Assembly: GCA_963700655.1 (NCBI GenBank)
Contig: CAVOYJ010000002.1
Span: 11,212-75,211, forward strand
Direction of reading: 5' to 3'
Length of the DNA stretch: 64,000 nucleotides
Source of the DNA: an uncultured Actinomycetes bacterium
GTDB lineage: Bacteria; Actinomycetota; Thermoleophilia; Solirubrobacterales; Solirubrobacteraceae
Positions 45,654-54,734 of the stretch are shown here, one piece after another. Both the position numbers and the translations under genes were made by a program. Each line of letters starts with the position of its first letter. The stretch's first letter is position 1. Under the pieces are notes generated by a model. That model ran no database searches. It saw only the letters and a program-made list of their open reading frames with translations, and was not told where the DNA came from.

Positions 45654-47001
45654 GTGGACCCCGCCACGCTCGAGCCCCGGGTGCAGGCCGTCGGCCGCGA
45701 CCTCGCGGCGGCCCTGCCGCGCGGGAGCCGGAGCCCGCTGCGGGCGCTCGACGACCGGGCGATGGACTTCGCCGCGCAGGACGACGAGCTGCGCGCCGCG
45801 CTCTTTCGCTTCGTCGACGTCGTCCCCGCCTGCCGCAGCCTCGACGACCTCGCCCGGCACCTGACGGCGTTCCTGGACGACGTGCACGAGCCGCCGCCCT
45901 CGATCGACGCGGCGCTGCTCATGGGCGGCTCGGCGGCGGGCCGCAAGGCGCTCGGCGGCGCCGCCGCCGTCGGGGTCCGGCGGATGGCGCACCGCTTCAT
46001 CGTCGGCGAGACGCCCGCCGACGCGCGGCGCGTGCTGCGCGAGTTGTGGGACGGGGGCGCCGCAGCGTCCGTCGACCTGCTCGGCGAAGCGACCGTCACC
46101 GCCGCCGAGGCCGACCGGTACGGCGCCCGCTGCGCAGCGGCGCTCGACGAGCTCGCCGGCGTCTACCGCGGGCTCGATCCCCGGCCGCTCCTGGAGCACG
46201 ACGGCGCCGGAGCGACGCCGCGCGTGAACCTCTCGGTGAAGACATCGGCGCTCACGCCGCTGCTGCGGCCGGACGCGCCGCAGCTGGGCGTCGAGGACGC
46301 GGCGGCGCGACTGCGCCCGCTGCTGCGCAGCGCCCGTGATCACGGCGCCCACCTGCACATCGACATGGAGTCCTTCGACTCGCGCGAGGCGGTCACCGAC
46401 CTCGTCCTGGGGCTGCTCGCCGAGGACGAGTTCGCCGACGGGCCGTCCGCGGGCGTCGTGCTGCAGGCCTACCTGCGCGAGTCGCCCGAGCAGCTCGAGC
46501 GCCTGCTGGCCTGGACCGGCGAGCGCCGGCGGTCCGGCCCGCTGACGGTGCGGCTCGTCAAGGGCGCCTACTGGGACCACGAGGTCGTTGAGGCCGTGCA
46601 GCACGGCTGGTCGCCCCCGGTCTTCGAGGTCAAGGCCGACAGCGACCGCAACTTCGAGGCGCTCACGCGACGGCTGCTGGAGGCGCGCGCCGCGGGAGCG
46701 CCGGTGCGCGTGGCGATCGCCTCGCACAACCTGCGGTCGGTCGCGCACGCCGTCGCCGCGAACGAGCTGGCGGGGCGGGCCGGCCGATCTGGAGGTCCAG
46801 GTGCTGCGCGGCCTGGGCGACGACCTGCAGGCCGCCCTCGCGGCGACCGGCCGTCGCGTGCGGACCTACTGCCCCGTCGGCGACCTCGTCGCCGGGATGG
46901 CCTACCTCGTGCGCCGCCTGCTGGAGAACACGAGCAACGAGAGCTTCCTGCACGATCAGGCGGCGGGCGTGCCGCTCGACGACCTGCTGGCGGCGCCGTG
47001 A
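45654..47001 (+). pseudogene. Proline dehydrogenase, frame broken near 46775-46786
   Basis: The PRODH text (…LFRFVDVVPA…VDLLGEAT…NLSVKTSAL…HLHIDMES…VRLVKGAYWD…IASHNLRS) is in frame 0. The tail (ADLEVQVLRGLGDDLQ…YCPVGDLVAGMAYLVRRLLENTSNESFL…) is in the frame of ORF 46588..47001. Confidence 0.8.
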
Positions 47002-48578
47002 CCCTCGGCGCGTTCGCCAACGAGCCGCTCGCCGAGCTGCGCCGCGCACCCGAGCGCGAACGGCTGCTCGCGGCGCTGCGTGCGCTCGACGCCGAGCCGC
47101 CGCTGCGCGCCGCGGTCTGGATCGGCGAGGAGCAGCGCCTGGACGACGCGCTCGTCTCGACCGACCCCGGCGACCCCGGGCGAGTCGTCGCCACGGCGCC
47201 GTGCGCGAGCGCTGCGGAGGTCGAGGCCGCCGTCGCGACCGCGCGCGCGGCGTTCGCGGACTGGGCGGCCACCCCGGCCACCGACCGCGCCGGCGCGCTC
47301 CTCCGCGCCGCGGCGCTGCTGCGCGAGCGCCGCCCGCGCCTCACCGCGCTCGCCGTGCGCGAGTGCGCCAAGCCGTGGGACCAGGCGGACGGCGACGTCT
47401 GCGAGGCGATCGACTTCCTCGAGTACTACGCGCGCGCTGCCGTCACCCTCGCGGAGCGCGACGCCGGCGGCGAGCTGCTGCAGCCACCGGGAGAGCGCAA
47501 CGCGATGACCCACCGGCCGCGCGGCGTCTGCGGCGTCATCGCGCCGTGGAACTTCCCGCTCGCGATCCCGCTCGGCATGACCGCGGCGGCGCTTGCGACC
47601 GGCAACTGCGCGCTGCTCAAGCCCGCCGAGCAGGCGCCCGGCTGCGCGCTGGAGCTCGTCCGCGCGCTGCGCGAGGGCGGCGTCCCCGCGGGCGCGGTCG
47701 CGCTGCTTCCCGGCGCGGGCGAGACCGGGGCGGCGCTGGCCCGGCACCCGGACGTGCAGACGCTGGCGTTCACCGGCTCGGTGCCGGTCGGCCTGGACAT
47801 CATCGCGACCGCGGCGAGCGCGCCCGCGCGGGGCGCCAGGCACCTGCCGCGCGTCGTCGCCGAGCTCGGCGGGAAGAACTGCGTGATCGTCGACGCCGAC
47901 GCGGACCTCGACGACGCGGTGCCGGGGATCGTCGGGTCCGCGTTCGCCTACGCGGGCCAGAAATGCTCGGCCGCCTCGCGGGTGCTCGTGCACGAGGCGA
48001 TCGCGGACGCGCTGCTCGAACGCCTGGCGGGCGCCGCCGAGGCGCTCGTCGTCGGACAGGCCGACGCATTCGGCACGACCGTTTCCCCGGTCATCGAGCG
48101 CAGCGCGCAGGAGCGCGTCGCCCGGTACGCACAGCTCGCCGCCGCGACCGGACGCGTCGTCACCGGCGGCGAGGTCGCCGTTCCCGCCGGCGGCTGGTTC
48201 TGCGCACCGGTCGTCGCGACCGACCTGCCGGCCGACTCGCCGCTGCTGCACGAGGAGATCTTCGGCCCCGTGCTGGCGGTCGAGCGCGTCGCCGGCGTCG
48301 ACGAGGCGTGCGACCGGGTCGACGCACTGGCGTTCGCGCTGACAGGCGGGCTCTACTGCCGCAACCCGCACACCGTCGAGCACGTCGTGGCGCGCTCCCC
48401 GGTGGGGAACCTCTACGTCAACCGCCCGATCACCGGCGCGATGGTCGGCCGCCAGCCGTTCGGCGGCAACCGCCTGAGCGGGACCGGCTCCAAGGCGGGC
48501 GGGCCCGACTACCTCCTGCACTTCACCGAGCCGCAGGTCGTCACCGAGAACACGGTGCGCCACGGGCTCGTCGTCTGA
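46998..48578 (+). CDS. pruA: L-glutamate gamma-semialdehyde (1-pyrroline-5-carboxylate) dehydrogenase
   Basis: The GTG at 46998 overlaps the PRODH stop (GTGA). FANEPLAELRR N-terminus, aldehyde dehydrogenase motifs ELGGKN and catalytic Cys in AGQKCSAASR. Confidence 0.85.
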   Translation: MTLGAFANEPLAELRRAPERERLLAALRALDAEPPLRAAVWIGEEQRLDDALVSTDPGDPGRVVATAPCASAAEVEAAVATARAAFADWAATPATDRAGALLRAAALLRERRPRLTALAVRECAKPWDQADGDVCEAIDFLEYYARAAVTLAERDAGGELLQPPGERNAMTHRPRGVCGVIAPWNFPLAIPLGMTAAALATGNCALLKPAEQAPGCALELVRALREGGVPAGAVALLPGAGETGAALARHPDVQTLAFTGSVPVGLDIIATAASAPARGARHLPRVVAELGGKNCVIVDADADLDDAVPGIVGSAFAYAGQKCSAASRVLVHEAIADALLERLAGAAEALVVGQADAFGTTVSPVIERSAQERVARYAQLAAATGRVVTGGEVAVPAGGWFCAPVVATDLPADSPLLHEEIFGPVLAVERVAGVDEACDRVDALAFALTGGLYCRNPHTVEHVVARSPVGNLYVNRPITGAMVGRQPFGGNRLSGTGSKAGGPDYLLHFTEPQVVTENTVRHGLVV

Positions 48579-48626
48579 ACGGGCCTCCGCGGACCACCGC
48601 AGGTCGGAGAGCTCCCAGCGCCCGCC

Positions 48627-48812
48627 TCACCGCCTTCCACGGGACGATCTGGCCCCGAGCGACCAGACGAACGGCATGAACGCGATCAACAGCAGGACGA
48701 TGAGCGCCGTCGACTCGAACAGGCCACCGACGAACAGCGCGAGGGTGGCGAGGACCAGCAGCACCGAGACCCACGCTGCGTGATGCGGTCGCATGCGGCG
48801 CTTCGCGGTCAC
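48627..48812 (-). CDS. Possible small two-TM membrane protein
   Basis: 61-aa ORF: ..AAWVSVLLVLATLALFVGGLFESTALIVLLLIAFMPFVW... It begins 9 nt after the upstream stop. Confidence 0.35.
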   Translation of the reverse strand: MTAKRRMRPHHAAWVSVLLVLATLALFVGGLFESTALIVLLLIAFMPFVWSLGARSSRGRR

Positions 48813-48821
48813 GGCGCCCCG

Positions 48822-49295
48822 TCAGATCGGGATGACCACGAGGTGCCGCTCGGGTCCCTCCCCCTCGGAGCGTGTCACCAGGTCGACACGCCAGCGCAGG
48901 TGCGCGCGCACGATGTTGCGCTCGGCGTCGGTCATCGCGGGGAGCGCGACCGGCACGCCCGACCGCACGGCCTCGTCCGAGGCACTGTCGGCCGCGACCT
49001 TCGCGCGCCTGGCCAGGTGGCTCGCGCTCACGGGTGCGTCGGACGACGGCTGCGCGGAGCGCTTGACGACGACCAGCGGCTCGTTGCACGGGTCGCTCAG
49101 GATGACCAGGCCGGCGTGGTCCAGTTCGGCCGCGATCCGGGTGCGCGCGCTCGGCGTCAGCGGAGCGTCGCCGTAGGCCTGCTCGAGCCGGCTCGACGAG
49201 AGCTCGTGCCGGCCCGGAGCCAGCGCGGCTGCGAACGACCGACTGGCGTCGAGGGTGTCGGGGTGGGGACGGTGCTGCTGCATGCTGATGGGCAT
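48822..49295 (-). CDS. Hypothetical protein
   Basis: 157 aa from the ATG at 49293-49295 (alternative ATG at 49331). It is the C-terminal tail of the long ORF 48822..50705. No family recognised. Confidence 0.45.
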   Translation of the reverse strand: MPISMQQHRPHPDTLDASRSFAAALAPGRHELSSSRLEQAYGDAPLTPSARTRIAAELDHAGLVILSDPCNEPLVVVKRSAQPSSDAPVSASHLARRAKVAADSASDEAVRSGVPVALPAMTDAERNIVRAHLRWRVDLVTRSEGEGPERHLVVIPI

Positions 49296-49366
49296 ACCCG
49301 CAACGATCTCGCGCCGAGCCGCCCACGGCATCCGTAGTGCACCGCCGCCCGGACGGATCTGCTCCC

Positions 49367-52300
49367 CTACCCGCGCAGCGCCGCGACCGTCGCCGGCCCG
49401 CGTCGCGTCGCGCCGCGCACGCCGACGACCCGCACCCGCACCCGCGTCCCGGCGCGCACCCCGCGCACGGTCACGACCCGCCCGCCGCGGCGCGGGGTGA
49501 ACAGCAGTGAGCGCCCGTCGCTCAGCCGCACCGTCGCCTCGTAGCGCGACGCACCGGCCGCCCGGCCCCACTGCACCCGCACCGCGCCGCGCCCTGCGCG
49601 GACGACCCGCACGCGCGCGACCCGGCCCGGCCGCGCCTGTGCCGCGCTGAACCGCGCCACCACGAGGTTCGCCCGCGGGAGCCCGTCCTGCTCGACGACG
49701 GCCACGATCGACCGCCTGGTCCCGCGCGCGTCCGACGGGCGGAACCGCAGCACGCCGCTCGTCCCGCGCGCGACCGCGAGCGTGCGCTCCCCGCCGGGCG
49801 CCCGCTCCACGAACGTCACGCGCTGCCCGGCGATCGGCCGGATCGCGTATCGGTAGGCCAACCCGCCGCCCGCACCCGGCGCCACCCGCCTCACCGTCAC
49901 CGACGGATCCGCCAGCCCCGCCGCGCGCCGCAGCGACGTCACGGCGCTCGACCCCGCCCGCGGCACCACCCGCCATGTCCCCGCCGACGGCTTTGCGACC
50001 GCGAAGTACGCCGTCCCGTCGACCGGAGAGCGGAACCCCGTCACCCCGCGCGCGAGCAGCCGCCCGGTCGCCGGCAGGACGAACGACTCGCCCTTGGGCC
50101 CGCGCAGCTCCACGTCCGGCGCCACGCCGCCCGTGCCCGCGACCGCGAGCGAGAACGCCGGCAGCCCCGCGGGCACCGCGAACGCCCGCTCGCCGGCCTG
50201 CGCCGCCGAGCCGCCCGCGGCACCGGCCGCCGCCACCGTCCGCCACTTCCCGAACCCGCACCCGGTGAACACGCTCGCGCGCGTGGCGATCGCGATCGCC
50301 GCCGCGAGCGGGTTCACGAGCGACGCGGGCGGCGGCCAGTCGAACCCGGCGCCCACCTCGACGGTGTCCACCAGCAGGTCGACGGACAGGCAGAATGCCG
50401 CGCCGCGATCGGACACGATCCCGCGGCCGCCCGCGCAGAAGTACCCGGCGATGCACCCGCGCTGCGCGCCCTCGGCCTGGAAGTGCGGGTAGCGGAACTG
50501 CGCATCGAGACTGCCGCTGAGGCTGAAGACCTTCGCGTCGAAGTCGAACCTCCCGCCGAACGCGACGTACCCGGTGTCCTCCACGCGCAGGTACTCCTCG
50601 GCGATCGGCAGGCAGAACAGGCTGCCGGTGCCCTTGAAGTCGAACGTCACCGGGGAGGGGTAGAAGTGCAGCAGCGCCTGTCCGTCGACCTTGTAGGGCG
50701 CGCACTCCACCGGCGCGCCGACGGTCACGGTCGCGCCCGCTCCCAGCTCGGTCACCGGCGGGAACAGCGCGAAGGACCCGTTGATCCCGAACAGGTCGAC
50801 CCCCGGCGCGAGCGGGATGAACGGCGGCCCGGTGTACGCGCCCGCGAAGCTCTGGAACTGCAGCGTGCGCTTGCCCGGCGGCGCCGCCAGCACGAGCGCG
50901 GCCTCGAGCGTCGGCCCGGCCCCGTCGGGGGCGACCTGCACCTTCGCGCTGCCGGCCAGCCGCAGCGGGTTGTCGCTGTAGACGAGATCCGCGCGATCGA
51001 CGCCGACGCCCGCGAGCTTGAACTGCCCGACGTTCACGTTCAGCGCGTCGAGCTTCGCGCCGGCCGGGTTCGACAGGCGGATCGTCGCCTCACCGGTCAC
51101 GCCGCCGAAGATCCCCGGCAGCTCGAGGTGCGTGGCGAGCAGCGACCCGCGCCGCACGATGTCGAGCGACGTGCGGCCCTGCGCCATGTCGAGCCCGGCG
51201 GTGAACGGCACGTCGCGCGTGAGCACGAAGTCGGTGACGCGCACCTGCTTCTGGGACAGGTCCACCTGCAGCTTCAGCGGCCCGCGCCGCAGCGTCACGC
51301 CGTTGACCGAGACGATCGCGTCGGAGCTGAGGACGTAGCTCGCGGGGTTGGCGATCACGCCGCCGACGACGACGACGATCGACGCGCCCCTGGCCGGCTG
51401 GTAGTCGACCCCGTTGATCCGCACCGGCTGCGTCGAGGCGTACGTCGTGCCGAAGAGGCTCGGGAAGACGGACTGGCTGACCTGCAGCGCCTTCGAGACG
51501 GCGCTCGTCCGTGCCGCCGCGCCGCGGCCGATCGTCACGTTGCGGTTCAGGGCGACCGAGGCCGCCTTGAGGAAGTACGGGTTGAGCACGTCGCGCTCGG
51601 CCTTCGGCAGGTCGGCCTGCGCGGTCTCCTTCAGGCAGCCGATCACGCTGACCAGGCCGGCGATCAGTTCGCTGACGCAGCCCGCGGGCGGGCCGCCCCC
51701 GGGCGTCGCGTCGCCGGGCTGCTGCCCGGGCGGGGGCCGGCACAGGCCCACCGGCACGTTCGCCGTCTGCGCCGCGCTGATGAGCTTGCCGCCGCCGACC
51801 CGCCGGGCGAGCGCGGAGAGCCCGGCCGGCGCGGTGCCGCGCGCCACGCCCAGGCTCGTCGCGCCGGTCGCGGACACGCCGCTCGTGTCGACCGCGGTCA
51901 CCGACACGGCTCCGGTGTACGCCTTGGTGAAGCGCTGTTCGAGCACGGGCGCCGCGCCGTTGCACTCCGCGTCGGTCGAGCCGTTGCCGTCGAGGTCCCA
52001 GAGGTACCGGTCGATCGCCGCGCCGCCGGCGGCGCTCGCGGTGAGCGCGACCGGGACCCCGGCCTTCAGCGCACCCGCCGGCGCGCTGACCGACACCTTC
52101 AGCGGCGTCGTTCCCGCGCCGCCGCCGCCACCCGGGGGCGCCGGCACCGCGTCCACCTCGGGCGGGCTCGTCGCCGCGGGGTCGTGCAGGCGCCCGATCT
52201 CCGCCGCGCTCAGCGCGCGGCCGTACACGCGCACCTCGTCCAGCGATCCGCTGAACCGATACGGGCAGACGAAGTCGTCGGCGTACCCGCCGACGACGAA

Positions 52301-52942
52301 CTTGCGCGAGCCGGGCAGGGCGTAGCTGATCGGCCCGCCCGGCCCGGGGGCGGCGCCGGGCACCTCGACCCCGTCGACGTACAGCCGCGCGGTCGTCCCG
52401 TCGAAGGTCCCGGCGACCGCGTGCCAGTTGCCGTCGTAGAGCGCGGTGCCGGCGTTCGGTGAGGCCGAGACCCCGTTCGTGCTGTTCCAGACGTAGAACT
52501 GCAGCCCGAGGTTCCCGGGCGCGTAGCCCGTGTAGATCGCGTACGAACCCGCCGTCGAGCAGTCGTTGGCGCCCTTCGTGACGAGGTACTGCAGCGGGCC
52601 CGGGTAGCCGGCGCGCTTGACCCACAGCGCGACCGTCAGCGTCTGCGGCTCGAGCGCGGCGAAGTTCGTCGTCGCGGGCGGCGGACCGGTGACGCGCCGG
52701 GAGCCGGTCACGTCCAGTCCGCTGCCGAACCGCCCCGGGACCTGGGTGAACGGGGTCTCCGAGGTACCGCTCAGGCCGTTGCCCGAGAGGTCCGGCGTCG
52801 TCGGCGGATCACCCGGGATCACCTGGTCCAGCGGCCAGCGCAGGGCCAATCCCGTCTCGGCCGCCGCGGGCGCGGCCAGCGTGAGCGCCAGAAGCACGGA
52901 CGTGATCCCGGTGCGCAGCAGGCTCGGCGGGCGCCGGGGCAC
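49367..52942 (-). CDS. Secreted giant protein: LamG (laminin-G/concanavalin-like) + PKD + ~750-aa unassigned region + C-terminal Fn3-like domain
   Basis: GTG at 52942 after GGAGGA, signal LLALTLAAPAAAE. LamG text (LTVALWVKR...YDGNWHAVAGTFDGTTARLYVDGVEV...GSLDEVRVYGRALSAAEI). PKD text (YLWDLDGNGSTD). C-terminal RVQWGRAAGASRYEATV. Uninterrupted frame. Confidence 0.8.
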   Translation of the reverse strand: MPRRPPSLLRTGITSVLLALTLAAPAAAETGLALRWPLDQVIPGDPPTTPDLSGNGLSGTSETPFTQVPGRFGSGLDVTGSRRVTGPPPATTNFAALEPQTLTVALWVKRAGYPGPLQYLVTKGANDCSTAGSYAIYTGYAPGNLGLQFYVWNSTNGVSASPNAGTALYDGNWHAVAGTFDGTTARLYVDGVEVPGAAPGPGGPISYALPGSRKFVVGGYADDFVCPYRFSGSLDEVRVYGRALSAAEIGRLHDPAATSPPEVDAVPAPPGGGGGAGTTPLKVSVSAPAGALKAGVPVALTASAAGGAAIDRYLWDLDGNGSTDAECNGAAPVLEQRFTKAYTGAVSVTAVDTSGVSATGATSLGVARGTAPAGLSALARRVGGGKLISAAQTANVPVGLCRPPPGQQPGDATPGGGPPAGCVSELIAGLVSVIGCLKETAQADLPKAERDVLNPYFLKAASVALNRNVTIGRGAAARTSAVSKALQVSQSVFPSLFGTTYASTQPVRINGVDYQPARGASIVVVVGGVIANPASYVLSSDAIVSVNGVTLRRGPLKLQVDLSQKQVRVTDFVLTRDVPFTAGLDMAQGRTSLDIVRRGSLLATHLELPGIFGGVTGEATIRLSNPAGAKLDALNVNVGQFKLAGVGVDRADLVYSDNPLRLAGSAKVQVAPDGAGPTLEAALVLAAPPGKRTLQFQSFAGAYTGPPFIPLAPGVDLFGINGSFALFPPVTELGAGATVTVGAPVECAPYKVDGQALLHFYPSPVTFDFKGTGSLFCLPIAEEYLRVEDTGYVAFGGRFDFDAKVFSLSGSLDAQFRYPHFQAEGAQRGCIAGYFCAGGRGIVSDRGAAFCLSVDLLVDTVEVGAGFDWPPPASLVNPLAAAIAIATRASVFTGCGFGKWRTVAAAGAAGGSAAQAGERAFAVPAGLPAFSLAVAGTGGVAPDVELRGPKGESFVLPATGRLLARGVTGFRSPVDGTAYFAVAKPSAGTWRVVPRAGSSAVTSLRRAAGLADPSVTVRRVAPGAGGGLAYRYAIRPIAGQRVTFVERAPGGERTLAVARGTSGVLRFRPSDARGTRRSIVAVVEQDGLPRANLVVARFSAAQARPGRVARVRVVRAGRGAVRVQWGRAAGASRYEATVRLSDGRSLLFTPRRGGRVVTVRGVRAGTRVRVRVVGVRGATRRGPATVAALRG

Positions 52943-53060
52943 GCGGCGATCGTCCTCCAGATGGTCGCCCGGCGCAACTGACCCGCGATTCACCGACGGC
53001 CCGCCGACGACGCTGCCCCCGCCTTCGCGGAGATCCTCGACGTCAGTTATCGTCGCCGCC

Positions 53061-53627
53061 ATGCGGACCGCGACCCCTGCTCGCCTCGTCCTGCTCGCCG
53101 CGCTCATCGCAGCCCTGCTGCCCGCCGCGGCGATGACGGCGCAGGCCGACGCGTCCGCCGGGGCGTCCGCCAAGGCCACGTGCACGGCCCAGAAGAAGGC
53201 CCTGCAGCGCGCTCCCTCGAGCCGCAAGCCGCAGGCGCGCAAGCGCTACCGGGCGTGCCGGGAGCGGGTGCTGGCGAGTGCGATCCGAGGCCAGCTCGCC
53301 GACCGGCGCCTCGTCGGGCGGCGCGGCGACGGTGAGGCGGTGAACTGGCTGTTCTGCGCGAACGGGAAGTACCGGCTGGAGACGAGCGGCAGCAGCGGGC
53401 GCGGCATCAAGAACGGCTCGCGCTGGGTCGTGACCCAGGCCCAGGGCTCCGCGACGCGCTGGACGGCGGTCCTCCGTGAGACCGCGGACCTCCGCGCAGG
53501 CGGCCTGAACATCGGCGTGGCGCGCACCGGCGCCCAATACTTCGTCGGCATCGCGCGTGGCGCCGACGTCACCTCGCAGGGCCCCGTGACGCTGACGGCG
53601 GACGCCGCGGCCTGCGGCGCGCTGTAG
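53061..53627 (+). CDS. Secreted hypothetical protein
   Basis: ATG at 53061 and signal peptide LVLLAALIAALLPAAAMTAQA. 188 aa, four Cys. No family recognised. Confidence 0.55.
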   Translation: MRTATPARLVLLAALIAALLPAAAMTAQADASAGASAKATCTAQKKALQRAPSSRKPQARKRYRACRERVLASAIRGQLADRRLVGRRGDGEAVNWLFCANGKYRLETSGSSGRGIKNGSRWVVTQAQGSATRWTAVLRETADLRAGGLNIGVARTGAQYFVGIARGADVTSQGPVTLTADAAACGAL

Positions 53628-53647
53628 GCCGCGCTCCCGCGCCCGGA

Positions 53648-54616
53648 CTACGGATCACCGAACGGCTGCACGGGCAGCCCGTGCGTCGTCTCGCGCATCC
53701 CCAGCTCGTACGCGCCGCCGTGCGCCGTGCGCAGCCGCAGCGACTCCTCGCCGTCGAGGTGCAGCACGGCGTCGAGCGCCGCGATCGAGCAGTTGGCGAC
53801 GTGGTGCTCGTGCCCGTCCGGGTCGGCGTAGCGCCAGACGACCGTCTGCTCGCGCGGTGAGCGCGCGGTGAGCTCCAGGCGCGCGCCCTTCGCGCCGACG
53901 GCGAGGTCGAGCGCGAGCGGGCTCTCGTCGACGCGCGGGCGGTGCGCCGGACCGCCCAGCGCGATCCGCCGCCCGTCGATCGAGACGACGCCCGCCGCGA
54001 TCCACGGCGTCGTCACCGGGCCGATCCGCACGCGGCCGATCGACAGGTCCAGCCACGCGTCGGGACGGTCCTCGAAGCAGACGCCGTGGAGCCAGATCCA
54101 GCGCTCGGCGTGCTGGGCGCCCCAGTTGTGACCGACCATCCCGGCCCAGCCGTCCAGCTGCACCGCACGGTCGCCGACGGCCATGCGGCCGTCGAACGTC
54201 CCCGCCGGCAGCGGGCTCTCGAGCTTCGTGCGCGGGAGCGGGGCGCGGTACATCCACGCCTTCGGCAGGTGGCGCAGGCCCGCCTCGTCGCCGTGCCACG
54301 TCAGGTCCCACGAGGCGGGGCCGGCGTCGCCGCGGACGCCGCCCGGCCCGAACGCGCTGTCGCCGACGGCGATCCAGCCGTCGACCTGCGGGCCCGGGAG
54401 CGACAGCTTGTGGACGGCGGGCTGGGATGCATCGGCGTCGAACACGACCGCCCAGATCGAGCCGACCGCCGGCTCCCCCGGCGACTTCAGGACGGTGTGG
54501 CGCAGCCACGCGCCGCGCGGGTGGTGCGGGTCGACGGCGCGCAGGTAGAACGACTCGTAGCCGCCGTCGCCGGTGTCGAACAGCGGGAACTGGGGGGTCG
54601 CCTGGAGGCCGGGCAT
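53648..54616 (-). CDS. Hypothetical protein
   Basis: 322 aa from the ATG at 54614-54616 (MPGLQATPQFPLFDTGDGGYESFYLRAVDP...). Uninterrupted with coding-like composition. No family recognised with confidence. Confidence 0.55.
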   Translation of the reverse strand: MPGLQATPQFPLFDTGDGGYESFYLRAVDPHHPRGAWLRHTVLKSPGEPAVGSIWAVVFDADASQPAVHKLSLPGPQVDGWIAVGDSAFGPGGVRGDAGPASWDLTWHGDEAGLRHLPKAWMYRAPLPRTKLESPLPAGTFDGRMAVGDRAVQLDGWAGMVGHNWGAQHAERWIWLHGVCFEDRPDAWLDLSIGRVRIGPVTTPWIAAGVVSIDGRRIALGGPAHRPRVDESPLALDLAVGAKGARLELTARSPREQTVVWRYADPDGHEHHVANCSIAALDAVLHLDGEESLRLRTAHGGAYELGMRETTHGLPVQPFGDP

Positions 54617-54701
54617 CTGCACGCACCATCGCACCCGTCCGCGCGGTCGTGCAACTACGCCGGAGGTCATCGCCCCACGGCCGGGTCTGCGGCGAACCAC
54701 C

Positions 54702-54734
54702 GTTCACACGGTGTTGACATGACGGGTTGAATGT
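54702..54734 (+). promoter_or_regulatory. Three direct GTT(C/G)A(C/A) hexamers at 11- and 13-nt spacing upstream of / overlapping the pit start (PHO-box-like)
   Basis: GTTCAC 54702, GTTGAC 54713, GTTGAA 54726, read directly. Actinobacterial PhoP boxes are 11-nt direct repeats built on GTTCACC. Confidence 0.3.

Noticed and set aside
45654-48578. Single 974-aa ORF read as a fused bifunctional PutA.
   Set aside because: PRODH homology leaves this frame at ~46780 and terminates at 47001 with a GTGA overlap onto the P5CDH start. A two-gene reading needs one indel, whereas a fusion needs two.
52943-53242. 100-aa N-terminal extension of the giant ORF 49367..53242.
   Set aside because: The extension overlaps the divergent secreted-protein gene (53061..53627) and has no signal peptide. 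The GTG at 52942 has a GGAGGA SD and immediately yields a signal peptide.
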